DNA of 64,000 nt from Eledone cirrhosa (Eukaryota): NCBI GenBank assembly GCA_964016885.1, contig OZ024762.1:21018001-21082000 (forward strand), read 5' to 3'. Position numbers and translations under genes: made by a program. Below the pieces are notes generated by a model, which saw only the letters and a program-made list of their open reading frames with translations, was not told the origin of the DNA and did not search any database. Of this stretch, positions 51,251 to 64,000 are shown one piece after another. Numbering within the stretch: the stretch's first letter is position 1; each line of letters begins with the position of its first letter.

Positions 51251-51290
51251 AATATGGTTTTATAAATATAGTTTCCATTTGTTTAATATC

Positions 51291-51330
<40 letters not shown>

Positions 51331-52743
51331 GAAAAGTATAGAAAGTATTGTAGCAAGAAGCCAACAGTATTCCATAATATATAAGTGACTATAGCATCAA
51401 AATGGAAAAATAGTTAACATAAGATGTGGGAAAAATAATTCAAACTCAATTCAAAAAGAATCAGGATATAGATTTATCCAACAGAATTTAGTGAAATCCA
51501 GGGAAAAATCAATAGAGCCTTAACTCATGATAAAATAAAGTTTAAAATACTCATCTTTCAATTTGGGACAACTACAAATGCTCTGTATAGTCTTGAAAAA
51601 GACTATTTCACGTAAACTTTCAGTGGAGATGGTCACGGTTGGAATACGATCCTCAGCATATATATATATATATATATATAAATGTACATATAGTATCTAT
51701 GATAATATACTCTGTTTATTTAAAAACATTTTGAGGACCATTCGCTATGAATTTTAAAGTAGTGACTAACATCATTTACCTAGTCTTGGCAAAAGCAAAG
51801 GGGAGTAATCGACATTCACCATTTCTCACTTGTAAGTGGTTGTCAAGACTACATACCCCTTCACTTCTGCCGAGAGTTGTAGACGCTGGATTCTTATAGA
51901 ATTCCAGTTATGTTTATAGCTGTTTAAACTCGTTAACATATAGAGCGGTTGCTGGCCCAGCAAAAATTAGAAATTAGTATAGGTGCTCTGAAATAGCGAT
52001 GAATATATACACACCTTCCATCATAATTTCCCGTATATATATATATATATATATAAATATATATATACACACACACCTTCCATCATAATTAGTTTCACAT
52101 ATATATATGAAAATTAAATTAGAAGATGTCACCGTAACTCTGACTAAATAAAATAGTCTAATAATAAAGAGGTGTATAAACCCACTGAATAGAGAAAGAT
52201 GGACAGGGCTTGACATCAAAAGGGTTAATCTTTTTCTCTCACTCCTGCCCCCACTACCTCCATATATAACATTATTTCAAATAAAGCTTATAAAAATCTT
52301 TATTTTTATATTTTTATCATTAACAATCTAGTTTTCTCAGCCAAATCTCTTCATCGGAATGACTATATCTACTCTTGTTTATGATGATTATTATCTATTT
52401 AGCTTTGTGTGACTTTACTAACCCTATCCCTTACCCACGTTTCTTTCGTCCAATCCTCCCCTCACCCCCACCCCCACTCCCTCTACCGCCCACCCCCTCC
52501 CTCTCTGCAACAAAAACAACCACAAATTAATTCGTTAACACCTGACCAAAAATATACAGGTTTATTATAATATAATCTATATCTGGGTACTTTTGGTTCT
52601 TTTTTTTTCTTTTTTTTTTTTCGTTGGTTGTATTTTTTTTTCCAGTTTCCTTTTCTCTCCTCTCATCAATGTTATCAATTTTCAGCTCTTTCTTTTAAAC
52701 AAAAATGATGGTATGGAACAATCTTGAAAAATTCTTGTGGGTT

Positions 52744-52783
<40 letters not shown>

Positions 52784-52859
52784 AAATTTGTTTTAAACTT
52801 TTTTTTTAATCAATGGCCTGGTGATTGTTGGCTTTACTTATTTTGGTACATTAGTAGTG

Positions 52860-54413
52860 TATATATGAAATATATATATATATTTATATATATATATATT
52901 TGTATAGATACATATATATGTATATATATATATATATTTGTATAGATACATATATATGTATGTATATATATATATTTGTATAGATACATATATATGTATG
53001 TATATATATATATTTGTATAGATACATGTATATGTATGTATAGATGCATATATGTGTATGTATATATGTATATATATATTTGTATAGATGCATAATGTAT
53101 ATATATATATACATATATATGTATATATATATACATATATATGTATATATATACATATATATGTATATGTATACATATATATGTATATGTATACATATAT
53201 ATGTATATGTATACATATATATGTATATGTATACATATATAAGTATATATATATATACATATATATATGTATATATACATATGTATGGATATGTATATAT
53301 ATATACATATGTATATATATATATATATACATATGTATATATATATATATATACATATGTATATATATATATATATACATATGTATATATATATATATAT
53401 ACATATGTATATATATATATATATACATATGTATATATATATATATATACATATGTATGTATATATATATATACATATATATGTATATATATATATACAT
53501 ATATAGGTATGTATATATATATATATGCATATATAGGTATGTGTATATATGTATGTGTATAGGTATGTATACATGTATATATATATATGCATATATATGT
53601 ATGTGTATATATGTATGTGTATAAATATGCATATATATGTATGTGTATATATATATATATGCATGTATAGGTATGTATATATGTATATATACATGTATAT
53701 ATATATATGCATATATATGTATGTGTATATATATATATGCATATATATGTATGTATATATATATATATGCATATATATGTATGTATATATATATATATAT
53801 GCATATATATGTATATATATATATATATATGTATGTATATATATGCATATATATGTATATATATATATATATGTATGTATATATATGCATATATATGTAT
53901 ATATATATATATGTATATATATGCATATATATGTATATATATATATATGTATATATATGCATATATATGTATGTATATATATATATATGCATATGTATGT
54001 ATATATATATATATGCGTATGTATATATATATATATATGCATATGTATGTATATATATATATATGCATACGTTTGTATATATATATATGCATATGTATGT
54101 ATATATATATACATATATATGTATATATATATACATATATATGTATATATATAATACATATATATGTATGTATACGTGTATATTTTTGTATATATATGTA
54201 TGTATACGTGTATATGTATGTATATATTTATGTATATATATGTATGTATACGTGTATATGTATGTATATATATATACATATATATGTATGTGTATGTATA
54301 TATATATATATGCATATATATATGCATATATATATGTATGTATATATATATATGGATGTATATTTATATATATACGCATATATATATGGATGTATATATA
54401 TATATATATACGC

Positions 54414-54444
<31 letters not shown>

Positions 54445-54952
54445 TATATACGCATATATGTATGTATATATATGTATATATATATATATATGTATATGCA
54501 TATATTTATGTATGTATATATATATGCATATATATGTATGTATATATATGTATATATATATATATATATATGCATATATTTATGTATGTATATATATATG
54601 CATATATATGTATGTATATATATATATATGTATATATATATATGTATGTATATATATATGCATATATATATATGTATATATATATGCATATATATATATG
54701 TATATATATATGCATATGTATATATGTATATATATGCATATATATTTATGTATGTATATATATACATCTATATGCATATATATGTATATATATATATGTA
54801 TATATATATGCATATATATGTATATATATATGCATATATATGTATATATATATGCATATATATGTATATGTATATATATGCATATATATGTATATATATA
54901 TGCATATATATGTGTATATGTATATATATGTGTATATGTATATATATGCATA

Positions 54953-54985
<33 letters not shown>

Positions 54986-54990
54986 GCATA

Positions 54991-55023
<33 letters not shown>

Positions 55024-55060
55024 GCATATATATGTGTATATATATATATATATATGCATA

Positions 55061-55093
<33 letters not shown>

Positions 55094-55098
55094 GCATA

Positions 55099-55136
<38 letters not shown>

Positions 55137-55138
55137 TA

Positions 55139-55178
<40 letters not shown>

Positions 55179-55387
55179 TATATATATATATATATGCATA
55201 TATATATATATGCATAAATATGTATATATATATGCATATATATATACATATATATGAATATATATATATATATGCATATATATGTATATATATATGCATA
55301 TATATGTATATATATATGCATATATATATATATATATGCATATATATGTATATACGTATGTATATATATATATATGTATATATGTAT

Positions 55388-55478
<91 letters not shown>

Positions 55479-56246
55479 TGCATATATATTTATATATATA
55501 TATATATGCATATATATTTATATATATATATATGCATATATATATATATATATGCATATATATTTATATATATATATATATGCATATATATTTATATATA
55601 TATATATATGCATATATATTTATATATATATATATGCATATATATTTATATATATATATATATGCATATATATGTATATATATATATATATATACGTATG
55701 TATTTATATATGCATATATATGTATGTATGTATATATATGTATATATATGTATATATATATGTATATATATATGCATATATATAATTATATATGTATATA
55801 TATATGCATATATATAATTATATATGTATATATGTATATATATGTATATATATGTATATATATATGTATATATATATGCATATATATAATTATATATGTA
55901 TATATATATGCATATATATAATTATATATGTATATATATATATATATGCATATATATGTATTTATTTATATATGCATGTGTATGTATGTATTTATATATA
56001 CATGTGTATGTATGTATTTATATATACATATATATGTATGTATATATGCATATATATGTATGTATATATGCATATATATGTATGTATATATGCATATATA
56101 TGTATGTATATATGCATATATATGTATGTATATATGCATATATATGTATGTATATATGCATATATATGTATTTATTTATATATGCATATATATGTATTTA
56201 TTTATATATGCATGTGTATATATGTATTTATATATACATATATATG

Positions 56247-56304
<58 letters not shown>

Positions 56305-57366
56305 TGTGTATATATATATACATATATGTATGTATATATATATACACATGTATGTATATATATTTATATATAAATGTATGTATATATATATACACATGTA
56401 TGTATATATATTTATATATAAATGTATGTATATATATTTATATATGTATGTATATATATTTATATATGTATGTATATATATTTATATATGTATGTATATA
56501 TATTTATATATGTATGTATATATATTTATATATGTATGTATATATATTTATATATGTATGTATATATATTTATATATGTATGTATATATATTTATATATA
56601 AATGTATGTATATATATTTATATATAAATGTATGTATATATATTTATATATAAATGTATGTATATATATTTATATATAAATGTATGTATATATATTTATA
56701 TATAGATGTATGTATATATATTTATATATAGATGTATGTATATATATTTATATATACATGTATGTATATATATTTATATATACATGTATGTATATATATT
56801 TATATATACATGTATTAATATATATATACATATATATGTATGTATATATATATATATACATATATATGTATGTATATATATATATACATATATATGTATG
56901 TATATATATATATACATATATATATGTATGTATATATATATATAGATATATATGTATATATATATATACATATATATGTATGTATATATATATATACATA
57001 TATATGTATGTATATATATATATACATATATATGTATGTATATATATATATACATATATATGTATGTATATATATATATACATATATATGTATGTATATA
57101 TATATATATACATATATATGTATATATATACATATATATGTATATATATATATATACATATATATGTATATATATATATATACATATGTATGTATATATA
57201 TATATATACATATATATGTATATATATACATATGTATGTATATATATATATATACATATGTATGTATATATACATATATATGTATATATATATACATATA
57301 TATATATACATATATATACATATATATATATACATATATATACATATATATATATACATATATATC

Positions 57367-57403
<37 letters not shown>

Positions 57404-57520
57404 GTATGTAGTATATATACATATATATCTATGTATATATATATATATATATATACATATATATGTAGTATATATACATACGTGTGTGTATATATATACA
57501 TATGTATATATGTATATATC
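52860..57520. repeat. ~4.7-kb (TA)n-derived compound micro/minisatellite
   Basis: TA backbone punctuated by tgta, tgca and taca variants; similar tracts at 34765-35215, 40040-40560, 42385-43165 and 58035-58380. Confidence 0.97.
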
Positions 57521-58034
57521 CAAGATATGTGGGTACTGTTGGTATACGTTGACACCAGATGATATAAACATAATATATGGGTAAGTATATTGAAAATATA
57601 ACCCTTACACATTTGTCTGGGTAAGTATATTGGTACAGCATAAATTTAATGCATGTATTATGATAATTACAATTATTAATAATATTTACATTATTATTAT
57701 TATCATTGTTGTTAATGTTGTTGTTGTTTTTATTATTTTTTATTATTACTATTATTATTATTATTATTATTATTATCATTAGAGTTAAAGGGTTTTCAAA
57801 TAGGTTTTTATGGTAATATTTCTGATCTAGTTACGCCCCAACTGCTTGTCACAGACAGTCACTTAGTTACATTGTGACAGCTATGATGCTATTGTAGGCT
57901 GAAGAGGTTGTGTATAGCCCATTCTCAATTTGCTTGGGAAATGCATGAACATTCCAACCCCTTCTTGTCCTCTGCTTTATAATACCACTATTTTATATAT
58001 AAATATATATATTCTCTGTCTCTCTCTCTCTTGC

Positions 58035-58071
<37 letters not shown>

Positions 58072-58437
58072 ATATGTGTGTGTATGTGTGTGTGTATGTA
58101 TGTACGTATATATATGTGTATATATATACGTATCTGTGTGTGTGTGTACGTATATTTATGTGTATATATATACATATGTATGTACGTATATATGTGTATA
58201 TGTACGTATGTATATATATATATATATATGTGCATATATACGTATGTCTGTATGTAGGTATATATATATGTGTATATGTATGTATGCAAGTGTATATGTA
58301 TGTATGCATGTATATATGCATGTATGCACATATTTATGTGTGTATGTATGTATATATATATATATATAATATATATATATAACTTTGATAACTTTCGGCC
58401 AGTATTGGCCCAGGCCATGTCTAACTTAATAGCACCA

Positions 58438-58476
<39 letters not shown>

Positions 58477-58499
58477 GTATACATGTCTATATTACAAGA

Positions 58500-58700
58500 G
58501 ATGGAGTAGTAGAGAAGGCTTGAAAGAATGGAATGAGATGGTTGGGTCATGTGTTGAGGGAGGATTAAGGTGATTGGGTGAGAGGAGTGGTGGAAATGAA
58601 TGTGGAAAGAAATAGAGAAAGGAGAAGACTAAGAAAGACCTGGCTAAGAATGATGAAGGTTGAAATAAAGTGAGTTGGGGATGCAGAGAGTAGGGCAAAA
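58500..58700 (+). mobile_element. Degenerate RTE LINE C-terminal remnant
   Basis: [36 protein letters not shown]. Confidence 0.65.
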
Positions 58701-58848
58701 TATATATATGTGTATAAATATATATATATATATGCATATGTGTGTATATATATAATCCATATGTGTGTATATATGTATGTATGTATAAATATATATATAT
58801 ATATATGCATATGTGTGTATATATATAATACATAGGTGTGTATATATG

Positions 58849-58888
<40 letters not shown>

Positions 58889-60819
58889 TGTGTGTGTGTG
58901 TGTATAAATATGTATGTCTGCATGTAATGTAAGATAACTGTATCCTTTTGATTTTAGTAGAGTAAGAATTGGTGTGTGTTGGTAGCTTGGCATTTGTGAA
59001 TCTTGTTTGATTGGCTTGCAAATAAATTCTGCTGTATTGGTCTCTTGAAAAGCTGGGGCTTCTCGATGGCATCAATTTCCCCATTTCTCTCTTTCCATCT
59101 TTCATTTACCCAAAAGTCTATACTTGTATAGAAAATCTTGATTCTATATTTTACATACAACATTTCCATAGCATAGTTTTGTTATATAATTCTATAGTTT
59201 TTGAGTACATTTATCTATCTGAATTTTTTTTTTAAACACCGCTCTACTTAAATATGTCCCTTGCCCCATGATATAAATCCTCTTGTATTTTTTTTTATTT
59301 TTTTATTTGTTCATATTAGTATTACAACCTATTATGACTTCATGAAGGCCCTGCAGTCTAATAGTTGGTGTTCCCCTCATGATCATGATGTCATTATTTC
59401 CTTCAAGGTACTTCAATTCATGGTTCACTCAGTTAAAATAATGAGTACTACCAGCAGCTGTTGGTTAATTTTGTGATAGACTAGTGTCCCTTCTAGAAAA
59501 GTGTTCTGTATTTCCAGTTATTTCATGCATCATGAGACTGGCATAAGTTCTGGCCTGATGAGCCTCTAAACTCAAAATAGACTTTAAATCATGTTTTGTT
59601 TTCTGTAATAATCTTTTCTTTAACTTATGTCACAAAACCAATTTAATAATGAAACCATCCAATGTTACTATTATATTCAAACATATTGACTGTGTTTCTT
59701 AGAAGTTTGTTCCTGAAAGAGTTAAATATATAGTCAAGCTTTAAAAGAAAAAAAATATTCAACTAAATTATTGCATAAATTAGTTATTAGTTTTTGTGTA
59801 AGTAATTTACTTACTCTGTGAAATAAGTGTTAGAGCTTAAAGAATTAACTCTTTCAGACTTATGACTATAAAATATACTTTAGGGCTCAACCCTTTTAAC
59901 ACAAACTTGCCCAAAGTTGCCTCTGAAGCTATGGAACAAAACTAGTCATTATAAAGGGTTTCTATTTGAATATGAGACCCTTTTGTTATGTTACAAATTT
60001 ATTTTTAAAATGATACAAGTTTAGTAAATCCCTCCATATTCTACATTAAATAATTCAAATGCAGTGTATTTCATTAGAAATTAGTTAATGAGAGGGTTAT
60101 GGAATTAACTGTTTTAGACCTAAGACTTGTTTGATACCTCTAGGTGTTGCCAACTAACTTGTAATCAGGATTTAAAGAAGTTTTTTAGTGTTGTTGAACC
60201 AAGCAGAAGATATCAACATTTAGTTGAGTTTGAGATTATAAATCCATAGATCTTCCCACTCTCACCCCTGCCTCATGAAACTAGTTTACTTCAATTACAT
60301 CAGTAATACCCTTGAGAAAGTCATGAATGTCACATACTCCTCCCCTCTAAACATCTGTCCATATATTTAATTGATTAGTAATCAAGCTAAAATATTCTAC
60401 AGAAATCTGTAACCACTTTTGTTTAATTCCATTCAGCTATATTACTTGTTAACCCAGCTGCTCTCTTGTTTCTGAAATCTGTTAAAATTCTTTAGTTTTG
60501 TTTTATATAACTTAGATTGTGTGGTGTTTATGTATGTATGTATGTATGTATGTATGTATGTATGTATGTATGTTGTTGTTACCAGAAGTATGGTTGAGAT
60601 AAAATTGAATATTTCTGTCTTAAAAACATTGTTTATATTAAAACTTTAATCAACAAATTTCAATTGAATTATACAATGTTTACAATAATAAAAACAAGAG
60701 AGAAATTAAATAATGAAATCAAGGGGGGAAGGGGACGGAACAGCAGACTCTGCACCCCAGTCTGGGTGGTATATGGAAAGAGAGAGGTAAACACTACACC
60801 CCAGTTTGGGTGGTGTATC

Positions 60820-61490
60820 ATATTATAATGAAGCTATAGTTTTTAACAGGTATGTCCAGCATTATTTGTACCTATTGTCTTATTTCTGGCATTGAGTTCA
60901 GTTTTTAATATTAGTTTAACTCTTCTATAGTAGTCTTTTCTAATTTTCTCTTTTATTTCAATGTGTTGCATTTTAGAGGTTTCTTCTATTCCTAGGTATT
61001 TGTATGAGTGATTGCATGAGTAATTCTCTATTTGTCAGTATCTATGTCTTGTCTAATATTCTCATTGCTTGTTAATTTGCCTCTTTTTAGAGTGATTTTG
61101 GCATATTTGTCTAATCCTATACTCATCTTTATTTTTTGCTGAAACTATGGACAGTTTTTGGAGCTTTTTAATTTATTCCTTGTAGATATTTTAAAGTCAT
61201 CTATACACAGGAGATGATGTTTATTTTGTTACTTGTTTCTGTACCCAATGGTGGTTTTATTCATTAAGTTTGTTACTGAGATCAGAACAAGTTAAATATA
61301 GTGTGCGTGTGTGAGGGAGGAGGGATAATAAGTCTCCTTGGAAAATTTCTCTTTTTATGGGTACAGGGTTGGGTTTTTTAATCTTTTTTCCTCTTCATTT
61401 TTCAATATTATGTCTGTTTTCCATTGTATCAAAACATGACTGATATATTTGAGCAGTGTTGGAGTTAATTTATGTGGTTTGACTCCAGCA
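60820..61490 (-). mobile_element. Degenerate R4/Dong-type reverse transcriptase fragment
   Basis: Ordered motifs IFQGDLLS, HLLCIDDFK, MSIGLDKYAK, YKYLGIEE and DYYRRVKLILKTELN, with frameshifts. Confidence 0.75.
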
Positions 61491-63582
61491 TTCACTACTG
61501 TTACTACTACTACTGTACTGACTGGTACATGCCCATCCTCCTACATATACACACATCTTTTACTAATATCTGTCACCTGCACCAAACACCAGTTTGTTGT
61601 ACTTCTTACATCAACCTCTAGTTTCAGTCCCAATCACATCTGTTTGATTTACACACATCTCTTTCATTGGAATCCATGACACATTACATTCTGGACTCTT
61701 CTGCAAATCTTTCCCCTCCTATACTTCACATCAAATCGCACTAAAATACCCGACTGCATCAATGTCTTTCTTCCACCCTTCAATAACCTCCCATTCTTGT
61801 TGTAAACCTACAGAAAAACAACACAACCTGACCCAACCCATCATATTGATTGCACCAAGCCAACTCAACACTGACTCCAAAATATGAACCATTCTCTTTC
61901 TTTGATTTTATTTCAATTATTAAAAACTAAGTCATTAGATAGCTTGTTAATTGATTATTACCAAAATATATATTATTAATTATGTTTAATTTACAGAATT
62001 GCTTATTTTAATCTTCATTCATAAAGATATTCTAAATAAAATTTCAAATGAACTTATTCAATGCTCCAACCATTTCTAAATTTCTAATTAATTTTTTTTC
62101 CTTCTCATAATTATTTGATATTCTTTAAAATATTTATATTAGATTTTGAATTTTAAGCTTTTAAATTTTTTTTAAGCATTTTAAAAATCTTATAATGATT
62201 GACTCTGATTTCAGTTTTTATTGTAATTTTTAAATTTTGTTAATTTAATTTAATAAGCATGTAAATAAATTCTTTATATTAAATCTTTAAAACAAATGGC
62301 TGAGAACACAATTTTGATTTTTGTTAAATATTTTTCTAAGAATATTTTTTACTTTTTGCTCCTTTCTTAGTTTTAATGTCAACAATGAAATTCTCTTCGG
62401 CTTGACACATACAAAAAAAAAATAATAATAATAATAATAATGCTTTCTTTATAATAATAATAATAAATAAATAAATCAAAGAAAGTTGATAATTTTGTAG
62501 CTTCATGAATTATATAACTTGGTTTGGGAATTTAGCTTGACATTATGGCTTGTCTTATGAGAAGAAATCATATAATATATAGAAATATCCTAAAAGTATT
62601 GTTGGCTTGTAGGCAATGAATGTCAGATAAAATACTGTGGCATTCATTCCAGTTATCTGTGCTCTGAGTTCAAATCCTGCTGAGGTCAACTTTATCATTC
62701 ATCCTTTTGAGGTTGATGAAATTAAGTACCCATCCAGTACTGGTGTCGATCTTTTATTCCCTTCCATTTCTCTTTCTCACTTCCTCACTTTTTCCCTCTC
62801 TGGAAGAAATCTGCTGATGTTCAGAAGTCTTGGAGAGAGGGATGGACTCTGCCAAGTTCAAAGTGCCGTATGTCACAATGGCATCCTTACAACTCCACTA
62901 GGACTCACAGGGTTAATACATTTATCATTGACTTAAGATCAAAAGTTGAACCCTCGGCAGTTGCCAATATCAAACAAATCTTTACCCTATGATTGGTAAC
63001 TTGCACATTTTTTTTTTCTTTCTAAACTTTTCATCTGCCATCTATAGGACATTCAAGTAAGTGATATCCTGTTTTATTAACCTGTCTTATTGTATATTAG
63101 TTAACTTATCCTATCGTTTTGTAGAAGAAACACCAGACAGTGCCCACCCTTATTGAATTCCTGTTTATTAGAATATCTTATTGTATATTAGTTGATATTT
63201 CCTACCCTTCTGTAGAAGAACCAGCAGACAATATCCACTCTCATTGGTACAACACTGAAAAAAAAACCTATTCCATCCTTTACGTTAGAATTGGTAAGTG
63301 TTACAAGTATATAGATTAAAATAATGTTAACCATTTCATTACCATATTTCTAAGGAAATACGCAGTATTTCAACTAAACAGTGAAGTTTTGGGAAGGATT
63401 TACTATGATATTGATATTTATATATACATAATTTGATTACCTCTACAGGTAATATTTATTAGAATGCTGTTGTAGTATGTATATATTTTCAAATCTGTTT
63501 TGCAAGATTTCTTATCTGAAAACGAGTGTTGAAACAGATATTGTTATACTTATTGGCAGCATGACTCTCACAAAGTAGAACA

Positions 63583-63613
<31 letters not shown>

Positions 63614-63733
63614 CACACATACACAGAGAGAGAGAGAGAGAAAGATTGGGAGTTACCAGTTTAGACTGGTAAAACCATTGTATTCACTTACCATCGAAAC
63701 AGCAAGGGCTCAGCTGTCAGGCTGTGACTCATT

Positions 63734-63788
<55 letters not shown>

Positions 63789-64000
63789 GTACACTACCAA
63801 GGAGAGCAGACATTAAATACAATATATATATATATATATATGCATATTTGTATGTGTGAATATGAGAACTTCAAAGCAGTAGCAATATTTAATTCATACA
63901 TGATTTTCTACAGCAACTTCATACTTTATTCATCAAAGATAAATTATTGTATCGAAATGTTCGAATTGATCCATTTTATTTGTTGTTTCTCTCATAAATG

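Noticed and set aside
52834-58550. Long Y/I/C/M/H/T-rich ORFs (up to 585 aa), and similar ones at 8659, 34617, 39161 and 42334
   Set aside because: Translations of TA/CA/TG microsatellites that lack stop codons by composition; not genes.
63500-63545. ctgaaaa...gaaac hammerhead-like string
   Set aside because: Core mismatch and no convincing stems I or II.

Overview
AT-rich, microsatellite-dense eukaryotic (animal) genomic DNA. The SINE/RTE/MITE repertoire and repeat texture suggest a coleoid cephalopod such as Octopus (inference). The window lies inside one large + strand gene, tomosyn (STXBP5/STXBP5L). Three clearly recognisable, phase-compatible exons are at 22179-22324, 23812-23900 and 25897-26018. 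There are also a probable 50-nt exon (15345-15394) and two probable hypervariable-region exons (45083-45871/45875 and 48697/48701-48841). The rest is intronic: tRNA-derived SINEs, RTE, R4/Dong, HERO and CRE-like non-LTR fragments, Tc1/mariner- and piggyBac-type MITEs, minisatellites and very long (TA)n-derived tracts. Nearly all ORFs in the track are repeat artefacts. The most striking non-obvious content is RNA-level. At least nine minimal hammerhead ribozyme motifs with complete cores, plus degenerate ones, from several sequence families sit in fold-back, Penelope-pLTR-like elements next to (TA)n tracts. A hammerhead-like motif with a non-canonical strand order lies downstream of a HERO-like ORF end. 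Coordinates were read by eye; repeat boundaries may be off by several bases.
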